A DNA stretch of 64,000 nt from the human T2T-CHM13v2.0 reference genome, Homo sapiens. Positions 1 through 18,044 of the stretch are shown here, in pieces. The notes below the pieces were generated by a model. It was not told the DNA's origin. It ran no database searches and saw only the letters and a program-made list of their open reading frames with translations. Numbering within the stretch: position 1 is the stretch's first letter; every line of letters begins with the position of its first letter. Both the position numbers and the translations under genes were made by a program. Where the stretch lies: NCBI RefSeq assembly GCF_009914755.1, contig NC_060941.1, one strand, 5' to 3'.

Positions 1-1828
1 ATTCCTATACACCAATAAGAGACAAACAGAGAGCCAAATCATGAGTGAACTCCCATTCACAATTGCTTCAAAGAGAATAAAATACCTAGGAATCCAACTT
101 ACAAGGGATGAGAAGGATCTCTTCAAGGAGAGCTACAAACCACTGCTCAATGAAATAAAAGAGGACAAAAACAAATGGAAGAACATTCCATGCTCATGGA
201 TAGGAAGAATCAATATCATGAAAATGGCCATACTGCCCAAGGTAATTTATAGATTCAATGCCATCCCCATCAAGCTTCCAAGGACTTTCTTCAGAGAATT
301 GGAAAAAAACTGCTTTAAAGTTCATATGGAACCAAAAAAGAGCCTGCATTGCCAAGACAATCCTAAGCCAAAAGAACAAAGCTGGAGGCATCATGCTACC
401 TGACTTCAAACTATACCACAAGGCTACAGTAACCAAAACAGCATGGTACTGGTACCAAAACAGAGATATAGACCAACGGAACAGAGCAGAGCCCTCAGAA
501 ATAATACCACACATCTACAACCATCTGATCTTTGACAAACCTGACAAAAACAAGAAATGGGGAAAGGATTCCCTATTTAATAAATGGTGCTGGGAAAACT
601 GGCTAGCCATACGTAGAAAGCTGAAACTGGATCCCTTCCTTACACCTTATACAAAAATTAATTCAAAATGGATTAAAGACTTAAGTGTTAGACCTGAAAC
701 CATAAAAACCCTAGAAGAAAACTTAGGCAATACCATTCAGGACATAGGGATGGGCAAGGACTTCATAACTAAAACACCAAAAGCAATGGCAACAAAAGCC
801 AAAATAGACAAATGGGATCTAATTAAACTAAAGAGCTTCTGCACAACAAAAGAAACTACCATCAGAGTGAACAGGCAACCTACAGAATGGGAAAAAATGT
901 TTACAATCTACCCATCTGACAAAGGGCTAATATCCAGAATCTACAAAGAACTTAAACAAATTTACAAGAAAAAATCAAACAACCCCAACAAAAAGTGGGT
1001 GAAGGATATGAACAGACACTTCTCAAAATAAGACATTTTTGCAGCCAACAGACACATGAAAAAATGCTCGTCATCACTGGTCATCAGAGAAATGCAAATC
1101 AAAACCACAATGAGATACCATTTCACACCAGTTAGAATGGTGATCATTAAAAAGTCAGGAAACAACAGGTGCTGGAGAGGATGTGGAGAAATAGGAACAC
1201 TTTTACACTGTTGTTGGGACTGTAAACTAGTTCAACCATTGTGGAAGACTGTGGCGATTCCTCAAGGATCTTGAACTAGAAATACCAGTTGACCCAGCCA
1301 TCCCATTACTGGGCATAGACTCAAAGGATTATAAATCATGCTGCTATAAAGACACATGCATACGTATGGTTATTGCAGCACTATTCACAATAGCAAAGAC
1401 TTGGAACCAACCCAAATGTCCATCAATGATAGACTGGATTAAGCAAATGTGGTACATATACACCATGGAATACTATGCAGCCATAAAAAAGGATGAGTTC
1501 ATGTCCTTTGTAAGGATATGGATGAAGCTGGAAACCATCATTCTCAGCAAACTATCGCAAGGACAGAAAACCAAACACCGCAGGTTCTCACTCATAGGTG
1601 GGAATTGAACAATGAGAACACTTGGACACAGGAAGGGGAACATCACACTCCAGGGCCTGTTGTGGGGTGTTGGGGGTGGGGGCGAAGGGATAGCATTAGG
1701 AGATATACCTAATGTAAATGACGAGTTAATGGGTGCAGCACACCAACATGGCACATGTATACATATGTAACAAACCTGCACGTTGTACACACGCACCCTA
1801 CAACTTAAAGTATATATGTAAAAAAAAG
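1..1828 (+). mobile_element. LINE-1 (about L1PA4-L1PA6) 3' portion: disrupted ORF2 C-terminus, 3' UTR and A-tail; truncated by the window edge and directly followed by ERV gag sequence
   Basis: ORFs 41-403, 258-1031, 1056-1274 and 1366-1608 translate to L1 ORF2p C-terminal sequence ([29 protein letters not shown]). There is a frameshift near the A-run at 303-309 and a stop at 1029-1031. A typical 3' UTR is followed by an A-tail at about 1820-1828. Confidence 0.95.
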
Positions 1829-2579
1829 AACAGTGTAAGAGGATATTGAAAACTCCCCTATCCACTCCACACAGCAGGCATCTAGCATGTATCCTCTTAG
1901 GGAAGTTCCCATGGGACAGGGAGAGACTGGCTTTGTAAATGCTCCTGTTACAGGTACTGAAGTTAGGAATTTCAAGAAGGAAATGAAACCACTCCTAGAA
2001 GATCCCCTCAGTTTAGCAGACCAGCTGTACCAAATCCTAGGACCCAGCTTTTACACCTGGGCTAAAATTATTCTATTATAAATATACTGTTCACAGGAGA
2101 AGAAAGGGGAATGATTAGGAGAGCAGTCATGACCATCTGGGACAGGCAACACTCTCCTGGGCAAGGGTTCTTGCCAGCCAAACAAAAATTCCCAAATGTC
2201 ATTCCCAAATTGGATAATAAAGATCCCAGGGACTGGGCCCAAATGGAGGAATGAATAATTAGAAGAGATCAAAGAGTCCACTCCTAGGGCATAAAATGTC
2301 GTAAAGGCATTTGAGATTCAACAAGAAAAAGAGGAAACTCCCTCTGCATTCCTGCAGAGGCTCAGAGATCAGATGAGAAAATATTTTGGATTAAATCTGG
2401 AAGAACCAGTGGGCAAGGCCTTTTAAAGGTTAGCTTTGTGACTAAAAGCTGGCCTAGCAGGCCAGGGAGTGCAGCTGCAGGCGTGGGGGTGGCAGGAGCC
2501 GCAGAGCCAGAGCAGACAGCCGAGAAAAAGGTGGACAGTGTGAAAGAACCAGTGTGAGTAAACCCCCAATAAGAAACTA

Positions 2580-3515
2580 ATGTCTGTATTATGCAAAAGG
2601 AGTCACTGGGGATCCAAGTCTCTGTATAATGCAATACTTAGGAATTATGGGTGTATAGGGATTTATACCCTCATTAAACAAGTATGTGGAAGTTGTGTAG
2701 CTTGTCAAAGGATAAACAAAAAGATAATGAGAAAACAGGCCACGGGAGGAAGACCTCCCAGATTAAGACAATTTCAAAGCATTGAAGTAGATACCACAGA
2801 AATGCCCTAAGTAGGAAGACTAAAGTATTTACTGGTGATCATAGATCACCTTCCTGGCTGGGTCTTTCCCCTTTCAACAGCCACCACCAGGAATGTGGTC
2901 AAAATAATATTAGAACAATTGTACCCTAGATTTGGCCTGGTGGAAAATACTGATTCAGACAATGGGAGCCACTTTTTCTCAAGGTTGTTAAGGGGAATTA
3001 TGGAAGGTTTACAAATTAGATGGGATTATCACACCCTTTGGCATCCCCCTTCCTCTGGAAAGGTAGAAAGAATGAATCAAACACCCAAAAAGTGTATCAT
3101 CAAACTAATCTTAGAAACTAAAATGCCTTGGACAAAATGTCTTCCAATAACACTCCTTAGGATTAAGACAGCCCCAAGAAAAGACTTGGGATTGTCTCCC
3201 TATGAGTTATTATATGGGCTCCCATATTTGGGCAGAGCTACAGATCTCCCTACTATGGAAACCAAGGATCAATTTTTTTTTGATCAATTCTTAAGATATT
3301 ATATACTGGCCATATCCTCTACCCTGTTATCCCTTAGGTTAAAAGGACTTCTGACTCAAATTCTGCCTCTTGAGTTTGTGGTTTACCACTTCCAGCCTGG
3401 TGACTTGGTGCTGATTAAGACTTGGAAAGAAGACATGCTGCACCCAAGCTGGGAAGGTCCTTATCAAGTGCTCCTGAGCACTGAGACAGCTGTGCAAACA
3501 GCTGAATGGGGGTGA
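2580..3515 (+). pseudogene. ERV pol integrase remnant (internal stop at 2808-2810)
   Basis: Zinc-binding segment followed by a 226-aa ORF with retroviral integrase core motifs and a GPY motif. Confidence 0.85.
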
Positions 3516-3645
3516 ACTCAGTATACTTGAGTCAAGTAACTGGTAAAAGATACCCCAGAAGGGAGGGGAAAAAACCCGGTGAAAAGTGCATGGGTCACCT
3601 GAGGAACCCTTAAAGTTAACTCTGAGAAAAATCTAAAAAGAAAAC

Positions 3646-5889
<2,244 letters not shown>

Positions 5890-5930
5890 AAATGAGACCA
5901 AAGGAAGTAAATAGAAAAGAGGAGGGAGTT

Positions 5931-6393
5931 TGTGAGAAAACATTTTAAATGGTCCATTTTCAAGGCATGATAAATCTAAGTATTGGCAGCCAGCCTGCAA
6001 ACGTAACAAACTGCATGGGTCATTCACCTAGAAGGTCACAATAAGTGAACAGAATGTAGAGGAAGGGGTCACCCTATAAAAGGGAAGAAAGTTTCATTAT
6101 TGGGAGATTGAAACTTAAGTGGGGAAGGGGACCCAGGGTATAACCTTATAAGAGGGATAATGAAACTTAGGCGATATCCGGGAAGATTGTAACCCCACAG
6201 TACTCGATCAATGAGGAACTGGGGGAGGGACTTGCATGTTAGGAGATAAATTACCTGTTGTAACTGTCCTGGGCGTGCCTGCCTACCAGACACCTGATCT
6301 TGCAAGACTGCCATTAAAAGTCTTGCTTCCGCTCTTCTTCGTGTCTCCAAGTCCATTCTTTGGGTTTGGATGGGTGAATGTGTGTTTCTCACA
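5931..6393 (+). mobile_element. 3' LTR of the ERV1 provirus (LTR15-like, tentative)
   Basis: Starts TGTGAGAAA right after the PPT and ends TTTCTCACA (9-bp terminal inverted repeat). ATTAAA poly(A) signal at 6313-6318. Confidence 0.88.
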
Positions 6394-6524
6394 ATCAAAT
6401 CAAATTGTCTTGTTTTGCAGGTCAGGGAACTGACTATGGCCTAGAGAAATGAGAGAGCCTGTCTAAGATCACATGGAAGCTAGGAACAGAGAAGGATCCA
6501 GACCTAGACTGCTCTATGCCGTAT

Positions 6525-6742
6525 ATTAGGATGTTTTGACCTTGCCACGACTGACATTTGGGCTGAATAATGATTTGTTGTGGGCAGCAGTCCTGTGCTT
6601 TGTTGGATGCTGCATCCTTGACTTTTCCTCACCAAATGCCAGTAGCAATCCCCCTCCCTTAGTTGTGATAACCAAAAATGTCTTCGGGCATTGCCATGCA
6701 TCCTCTGGAAGGCGAAACCATCTCCAGTGGAAAACCATTGCT
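6525..6742 (-). mobile_element. MER20 (hAT-Charlie) DNA transposon relic
   Basis: The reverse complement resembles the MER20 core GACATTTTTGGTT(G/A)TCACAACT..GCTACTGGCAT..CACAGGAC..CCCACAACAAA. Confidence 0.7.
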
Positions 6743-6761
6743 ATATAAGATATTCCTCTGA

Positions 6762-7065
6762 GGTGGGGCATGGTGGCTCATGCCTGTAATCCTAGCACTT
6801 TGGGAGGCGAAGGCGGGCAGATTGCCTGAGCTCAGGAGTTTGAGACCAACCTGGGCAACATGGTGAAACTCCGTCTCTACTAAAACACCAAAAAAAAAAA
6901 AAAAAAAAAAAAAAAAATTAGCCAGGCGTGATCCCAGCTACTTGGGAGGCTAAGATGGGAGGATCCCTGGAATGCAGGAGGCAGAGGTTGCAGTGAGCCG
7001 AGATCACTCCAGCCCAGGCAATGGAGTGAGACTCTGTCTAAAAAGAAAGAAAGAAAGAAAAAAAA
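6762..7065 (+). mobile_element. Alu with an expanded central A-tract (about 27 A) and internal deletions
   Basis: Alu consensus match; approximate TSD AAGATA(T/C)TCCT(C/T)TG at 6747-6760 and 7066-7079. Confidence 0.92.
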
Positions 7066-7865
7066 AAGATACTCCTTTGGGCCCATCAAACAGCATAAAA
7101 CTGGAGCTCAGCTCTTTCCTTGTAGTTTGGGAGAGAAATTGCTTTTGGGTGCTAAGTGGAGAATGTCTTTCCTCCCCACTCAACCCTTGAGCACTGCGGG
7201 AGAGCTCTGCTGGGGCCTGGGATTTCAGCTAGGAGAGAGGAGCTCCAAGAGAGTAGTAGGGAATGTGTCAGAGGGAAGACAGCATGAACACCAGATCTTT
7301 TGAAAGATGCATATCATTTTCCCCATTTTGCAGAGAAAGGCGTAGAAGTTCAGAAGGTTGAACACACCCACAGAGCAGCATATGATTTCCCTTCCACACA
7401 CCATAAGAAGCCCCATAGAATACCCAGGCTCACTGTCTCTCAACTCCAGGCCCATGAGCAATAATGTCAGAGGCTTTCTCTTGTGCCCTCTCTGTCAATG
7501 GCAAGAGCAGTGTGATTACACAGCTATGTTCTGGAAAGGTCGATCTGGTCCCTGCTCTGGCCCTTCCTGTGAGCGTGGGAGGTCTTCACTTTCCCCTTGG
7601 GGGTCTTGGTCCTCACATTGGACTGCACCAGGGATGAGCATCTTCCTGGTGTTCACTCCACCTTCCCACACTCGCAACTTTGAGAATCAAATGGGGTGAA
7701 TAAAGGTGTTTACAGGGTGTATTTATTTTAATGAAAAATGACAGTTTTTTTGAGTCCAACGTAGGACAATGTGTATTTTTAGAATCCAGATTAACCTGTT
7801 TTATTCACAGGAAGTATGTTAGTGCAAATGACTGTTTAGCCACTAAAATGTTAATAACTGGATCG

Positions 7866-8165
7866 TTTGTTTTGTTTTTGAGACAGGGTCTCGCTCTGTT
7901 GCCCAGGCTAGAGTGTACTGGCGTGATCATAGCTCACTGCAGCCTCAGACTCCTGGACTTGAGAAATCCTCCTGCCTTAGCCTCCTGCATATCTGGGACT
8001 CCAGGTATGTGCCATCGCACCTGGTTAATTAAATTTTTTTTTTTTTTTGTAAAGAGTGTCTCTTTATGTTGCCCAGGTTGGTGTTGAAATCCTGGCCTCA
8101 AGCAATCCTTCCACCTTAGCCTCTTAAAGTGCTGGGATTACAGGCATGAGCTACTGTGCCCGGCC
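7866..8165 (-). mobile_element. Alu (AluJ-like)
   Basis: Reverse Alu with J-type diagnostics (atcatagctcactgcagcctc). Confidence 0.92.
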
Positions 8166-8369
8166 TTTTCTCATATGTAAGGAAACTGATGGTCAGGGAG
8201 CTTAGGCCACAGGATATATGGTTAGCAAGTGGCAAAGTCAGAACGCTAAACATGCGTCTTTGGTTTCCAATTCCAGCTCTGTCTCTTAGATCACACTGCT
8301 TCTCAAGATGCAGCGGCAGCTACTGCAAGAGTGAGAGGCAGTCTGGGTCCAGGGTTGGATGTGTACAGG

Positions 8370-8790
8370 GCCCTCAGGTTGTACAATCTCTCTGGTTGCT
8401 AGGAGTCTCCGATAATTAGAGCCCCCAGGTTGCTAGGCAACCCAAGTTGCTAAGAGTTTCAGTTTATTACAGGTATTGGGTTGTTAAAAGCCCCAGGTTA
8501 TTCAGATTTTCAATTTATTAACAGCTTCATGTTTCTCAAAGGCCCCAAGTTATTAGAGACATCAGTTTCTAGGGGCCCTAGGCTCTTATGGATCTAGGCT
8601 ATCGAAGTTGTTAGGTTGTTAGCTCAACCTGGTTGCTAGGACTTTCAGGTTTTAGAGGCTCTGGGTTTCTAGAGGCCTTTAGCTTGTGAAGGTGTCAATC
8701 CACAAAAAGCCTCATTTTTTAGCACCTGTAGCTTTTCACAGGTTCCAGGTTGCTACGGACACAGTCTCAGAGTTTTAGGTTTTCCCAGAG
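8370..8790. repeat. Highly degenerate tandem array of about 17 bp (consensus near CCCAGGTTGCTAGGAGT) containing a perfect RFX X-box-like palindrome
   Basis: Recurring (g/a)GTTGCTAGG-type cores at 8395, 8429, 8446, 8632 and 8749, with intermediate degenerate units. GGTTGCTAGGCAACC at 8428-8442. Confidence 0.6.
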
Positions 8791-9088
8791 TTGTGGGTCA
8801 GCCCAGCAGTTTTCTTCCACCCATTCAGCCTCTATGTGGTCAGATACCATAAATGCAGCTGTATGTTTCTCTCAGGTGTTTCATCATTGCTGACCTTGTT
8901 CAGCACCCACAGCAGCACTGACCTAATTCACTCTACTCAAGGCCCTAAGCACTTAGGCACTGGTGGAAAGGTCTTCAGAGCAGAAACTTGTTATATTCTA
9001 AAACAACCATGTTTTTTTTTCTTTTTCTTTTTCTTTTTCTTTTTGTTTTTAAACATCAACTCAAACCAGATTAAAACAGCCACATGTT

Positions 9089-9894
9089 CAGCCAAAAAAC
9101 ACATGAAAAAGTGCTCATCATCACTGGCCATCAGAGAAATGCAAATCAAAACCACAATGAGATACCATCTCACACCAGTTAGAATAGCAATCATTAAAAA
9201 GTCAGGAAACAACAGGTGCTGGAGAGGATGTGGAGAAATAGGAACACTTTTACACAGTTGGTGGGACTGTAAACTAGTTCAACCATTGTGGAAGTCAGTG
9301 TGGCGATTCCTCAGGGATCTAGAACTGGAAATACCGTTTGACCCAGCCATCCCATTACTGGGTATATACCCAAAGGACTATAAATCATGCTGCTATAAAG
9401 ACACATGCACACGTATGTTTATTGCGGCATTATTCACAATAGCAAAGACTTGGAACCAACCCAAATGTCCAACAATGATAGATTGGATTAAGAAAATATG
9501 GCACATATACACCATGGAATACTATGCAGCCATAAAAAATGATGAGTTCATGTCCTTTGTAGGGACATGGATGAAATTGGAAATCATCATTCTCAGTAAA
9601 CTATCACAAGAACAAAAAACCAAACACCGCATATTCTCACTCATAGGTGGGAATTGAACAATGAGATCACATGGACACAGAAAGGGGAATATCACACTCT
9701 GGGGACTGTGGTGGGGTGGGGGGAGGGGGGAGGGATAGCATCGGGAGATATACCTAATGCTAGATGACGAGTTAGTGGGTGCAGCGCACCAGCATGGCAC
9801 ATGTATACATATGTAACTAACCTGCACAATGTGCACATGTACCCTAAAACTTAAAGTGTAATAAAAAAATTAAGTAATTAAAAAATAAATAAAT
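9089..9894 (+). mobile_element. 5'-truncated young L1 (L1PA2-type) with 16-bp TSD
   Basis: Intact ORF2 C-terminus to 9657. The 3' UTR has L1HS/PA2-like sequence with GAG, not ACA, at the Ta diagnostic site (gatgacGAGttagtggg). TSD AAAACAGCC(A/G)CATGTT at 9073-9088 and 9895-9910, with a TT/AAAA endonuclease site. Confidence 0.93.
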
Positions 9895-10017
9895 AAAACA
9901 GCCGCATGTTGAAGCACACTTGGGTTATGTTTCTGTTGTAATCATTCACCTTCTAACCAATTTTAAATAATATTAAATTAGACTTTGACAGCCCCTTACT
10001 TCCAATTATTTTATTAG

Positions 10018-10497
<480 letters not shown>

Positions 10498-10574
10498 TAG
10501 TGTAATACCACTGTCAGGACATTGACATTGCTACAATGTGTATATAGTTCTATGCCATTTTATAACATGTGTAG

Positions 10575-10575
<1 letters not shown>

Positions 10576-10618
<43 letters not shown>

Positions 10619-10859
10619 TTGAGACGGAGTCTTTCTCCATCGCCCATGCTGGAGTGCAGCGGTGGGATCTCTGCCTCCCAGGTTCAAGTGATTACTCCCA
10701 CCTCAGCCTCCCATTAGCATGGCTAATTTTTATATTTTTAGTAGAGATGGGGTTTCACCATGTTGGCCAGGCTGGTCTCGAACTCCTGACCTCAAGTGAT
10801 CTGCCCGTCTCAGCCTCCCAAAGTGCTGGGATTAATAGGCGTGAGCCACTCTGCCTGGT
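10576..10859 (-). mobile_element. Internally deleted Alu whose tail position is a (TG)n microsatellite, within an old L1M fragment
   Basis: (TG)n at 10576-10612 abuts TTTGAGACGGAGTC; flanked by similar CATGTGTAGAT sequences. Confidence 0.85.
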
Positions 10860-12391
10860 CTCATGTGTAGATTTGTATACCCACCACTCCAATCCAGATA
10901 CAAAACTATGCCATCACCATGAAGCTCCCCCTTGTACTACCCCTTTACAGTTACATTCATCTTCTTCCGTCCCCAACCTGTGCATTTTTAAATGTATTTG
11001 CTTAACGTCTCTTCAGTGCCTTCTGTGTGCCTCACCCATTAATAGGTCAAAGAAATACGGAGATAACTATAATGTACTTGTAGCTCTGGAAGAGCTCACA
11101 GACAGGGCCATAGTCACATACATCACAAACTATAGTGTAATGTGGTAATTCTATGATAGGAATAAGCTCAAGGTGCAGCGGCAAGCAAATAGGTGAGGGG
11201 GTGGGGTGTTCAGGAGGCAGAGAGTGTTGGATTAGCTCCTTCTGCAAAAGTTGTGACACTGGGTTGATTTTGAAGGATAAGACAAAGTTATCTGTTGCCA
11301 AATGAGGAAGAACGTTTAGACAGACATGTCTGGGGAAGAGTTGGTTGTTTGGAACTTCCAGGGCCCAGGGGTTGGGAGGTGAGGCTGCAGGGTGAAGAGG
11401 GCAGACCATGGAGGTCCATCTGGGCTTCTGACTGAGTGGGCTGGCCCAATTCTGTAAGTGACAGAGCCCCACTGAAAGGTTTAGAAATGGGGAATGGTGC
11501 ATTCAGCCCTGTCATTTAGAAAGAGCCCTGTGATGTAGAGAGGCCAGTTAAGAAATGACTGCAGTCCCAGGTAAGATACGAAGAAGGCATCAACCAGAGT
11601 AGTGGGAACAGATATGGAAGAACCAGCTCTGAACTCAGAAGGAGATCGGGGTGGGAATGAGGAGTTATCAAAAGGATGAACAAGCACTTTTTCCAAGATT
11701 GATTTTTTTTAAGGTGATATCAGTTTCCTGGAGAGAAAATCCTAGGATATAAGTCCAAGAAGATGAATGCGAGAAGAGTAATTCCCTGCTTATCCAGAGA
11801 TCTTGCCACTGCAATGTAAGCCAAGATAGCATAAACTTGTATGAGGAAAAGGCCTCTGATCAGTTGAAACAAGCTCATGCTGTTTTAACTTCGCAATATC
11901 CTTTAGGTCCTTACTCAGAGGCTTTTTTGACAATTCAAGTGTAGTTCTCAAAAGCATAGTTTCTTTGTTTCCTCACCTCTAAAATAATAATATAAGCAAT
12001 CTTTTATTGAGTGTCTGCTTGGTGCCAGGTACTGTGTGAAATGTTTTGCATGTTATCTCATGAATCCCCTCCACACCTTCCTGGGGTGGCAGTTCTCTTC
12101 ATTTTACAGGGAGGATACTGAGGGTCAGCAAAATTAATTAATGCACCAAGCTCACAGAGCTGGTAGGTTCTGTAAAATCAGGCCTCCCCCCAGGTCCGCT
12201 GCTCTCAGCCCACTGACCCAGACTGTAGAAGCCACAAATCACAAGAGGGAAAGGAAGAATGTCAGCCTATAGTGGCACCAGGTCCAGGAAGGAAATTCAC
12301 ATGAATTGAGGATCTTGGCAACTGTTAAGTAATTTCTATCAGTTTCACATAAGTGGTATATAAGTTAGCCTTCTCCAGAAACAGAATAGGA

Positions 12392-12423
12392 TGTCTGTCT
12401 ATCTGTCTGTCTATCTATCTATC

Positions 12424-12473
<50 letters not shown>

Positions 12474-12611
12474 ATCATCTATCTATCTATCTATCTTCTA
12501 ACAAATAATTTTCTACCAACTTCACGTGAGTGGTATATAAGTCAGAGTTCTCCAGAGAAATAGAACCAATAGGATATCTATCTATCTATGTATCTATGCA
12601 TCTATCTATCT

Positions 12612-12620
<9 letters not shown>
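12392..12620. repeat. (TATC)n tetranucleotide STR blocks
   Basis: Visible TATC/TGTC runs at 12392-12497 and 12576-12620. Confidence 0.95.
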
Positions 12621-15281
<2,661 letters not shown>

Positions 15282-15364
15282 TTCTATGTATCTATGTGTC
15301 TGTCTATAATCTATCTGTTATCTATGTACCTACTTATCAATCTATATATATATAGAGTTTTTAT

Positions 15365-15679
15365 ATATTTTTTAATTTTTAATTTTTGTTTTTGAGACAG
15401 GATCTTGCTTTGTCATGCAGGTTGGAGTGCAGTGGCACCATCATAGCTCACTACAGCCTTGAACTCCTAGGCCCAAGGATCCTCCTGCTTCAGCCTCCTG
15501 AGAAGCGGGGACTACAGCACATGCCACTGTGCCCAGCTAATTTTTTATTTTTCATTTTTGTAGAGATGGGGATCTTGCTTTGTTGCCCAGGCTGGTCTCA
15601 AACTCCTAGCCTCAAGCAATTCTCCTGCTTTGGCCTCTCAAGGTGCTGGGATTACAGGTGGGAGCCACAGCACCTGGCC
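15365..15679 (-). mobile_element. Alu (AluJ-like)
   Basis: Reverse Alu consensus match. Confidence 0.9.
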
Positions 15680-18044
15680 AAGGGAAATTTGTTATAAAGA
15701 ATTAGCTTATGCAATTATGGAGGCAAATCCCAAGATCTGCAGAGTGAGAGGGCAAACTGGAGACCCAGGAGAGCTGATGTTGTAGTTCCAGTCTGAAGGC
15801 CGACAGGCTCAAAACCCAGGAAGAGCCAAATGTTCCAGTTTGAGACTGAAGGCAGGAAACAAACGGTGATGTCTTAGTTGGAAGGCAGGCAGGCAGGCAG
15901 GAGGAATTCTCTCTTAACTTGGGAAAAGTGAGCCTTTTCTTCTATTCAGGACTTCAAACAGATTGGATGTGGCCCACCCACATTAGGGAGGGCAATCCGC
16001 TTTCTCAATCTACCAATTAAAATGTTAATCTCATCCAAAGCACCCAGAATAGAAACACCCAGTAAAATGTTTGACCAAATATCCTGTGACCCAGTCAAGT
16101 GGACACATAAAATTAACCATCACACAGGATAAGATAGAATAATAAAGGAGACACAACACTGAATGAATACAGTGGTGTTAGACTAGTGTAGGAATAAGTG
16201 GCTTTACACACCACAGTCCTCCTGCCAACAATGCCACGTGACTACTCCCATTTACTGTGCCCACTGATGAAAAGAGCAGGGAACAGCTCATGGGGAAGAG
16301 GTGAATTCTGTTTTCAGTGCACTAAATTTGAGGTGGATCAGGTGAGAGTCTTGATCTATGGATTTTAGGCTCTCTCTGCTTAGCCAGAGGAGGACGCATT
16401 CTCTCTTTGCCCACAGTGACCCTGGAACATTCCTTGTGGCCAGCCTGAGGACTCTTCTGACCAAGTCTTCTGGGCTAAGTTTCTTCTGCATCAACTAACT
16501 CGGTGATTTTCATTCATTTCTTCATTTCTTTACTCACCCAGCATCTAAAAATCTTTGTTCTTGATGCTGGGAAAATAGACATGGGAGACACAAATCAGGC
16601 ATTTGCTAGTCTGGTGGGAATGATAGAGAAAGAAGAACTGAGAGCATGTGGGATGTGCTGAGATTATAAGTTAGCACTGGATACTGTACAAGAATGTACC
16701 ACTGGATACTGTCTAAGTCAGCCCAAGGAGGCCAGAGGGAGATGTCAAGCTTTAGCAGTGCTTTAAGAAGGACTAGATTCTAGCCAGGGAGTTGGGTCAG
16801 AAAGAGCAATTTTGACAAATGTGAATATATGATCCCATACAAGACATGGATGCAAAATGTCGTCACACATTTAGGGGAACTATAAGAGTTTGGCTGGAAG
16901 TGGCTCTTAGCCCTGGCTGAGCTTTGGAATCACTTGGGAACATTACAAACGTACTGATGCCTGAGTTCTACCCCCAGAGATTTTGGTGTAAATGGCCTGG
17001 GATGGGACCCAGGAGTCAGTAGTTTTTCTAAAGTGTTGGCAGGCCTGAGGACAAGGCATGTAAGAGAGGCTGATGGAGAACTTAAACTTGGAGAGAGCAG
17101 AGGAGTATCTCTTCTGGGATGTGGTCAAGAATCTGAGCCCACTTTGAGGGTAGGAAACACTGTGCAGAGCTCAGCAGGGAAATAAAGACCTGCTGATCTC
17201 CAACTGGGGCCTCGTCTGCCCTTATAACTGTTCCTTTTGAGCTTCTGTTTCTTATTCCCCATTTAAAAGTGAAAGTCAACTGGGAAATAACAAAACATAC
17301 AATAAAATAAAATAAGCTGAAAGATTACTCAATAAAAAGAAGCAATAAAATAGTAAAAGCAGGCGGATGCAGTAAAACCCCCAAAACTCAACCAGACAGA
17401 ATCACCACCAAGGGCCAGGCAATAAAAACAATAGCTAAAATGTACTGCTCCAAGTGGTAAGCATCTTCATGCATTGAGACACTTGAGATTCACCACCACC
17501 CTAAGAGGGAGGGATGGTTATTATTTCCATTTTATAGGGAAGGAAAACGTGGTTTGGGGAGATGAAGTACAGTGCTCAAGGTTACAGTGGGCAGGGCAGG
17601 GTAATGACTCCATTTCAATGATGAGAAGTGGAGGCTAACTTGCCAAGGCTAGTTAGCCAGTTGGGGCAGAGCAAGAAATTGAACTGGGATTTCTAACTCA
17701 AGTACAAAGCTCTTCCCTCCCCCACCTCCAATAAAGCCCGAAGACTGGCTGCATGTGGGAGTCATCTGGGAAGCTTTAAAGACATATTGATGCCAACAGA
17801 CATTTCTTCAAAGAAGACATACAAATGGCCAACTGGTGTTTGAAAAAATGCTCAGCATAGCTAATCACCAGGGAAATGCAAAACTAAACCACAATGAAAT
17901 ATCACCTCATACCTGTCAGGATGGCTATTATTTAAAAAAAAAAACTAAGACAAGTGCTGGTGGTGAGGGTGTGAAAGAATTGGAACCCTTATGCACTATG
18001 GGTGTGAACAGAAAATGGTGCTGCTGTTATGAAAAACAGTATGG

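Noticed and set aside
8791-9657. 288-aa ORF
   Set aside because: Chance fusion of flanking low-complexity sequence (non-ATG start, poly-Phe) to the L1PA2 ORF2 C-terminus; not a gene
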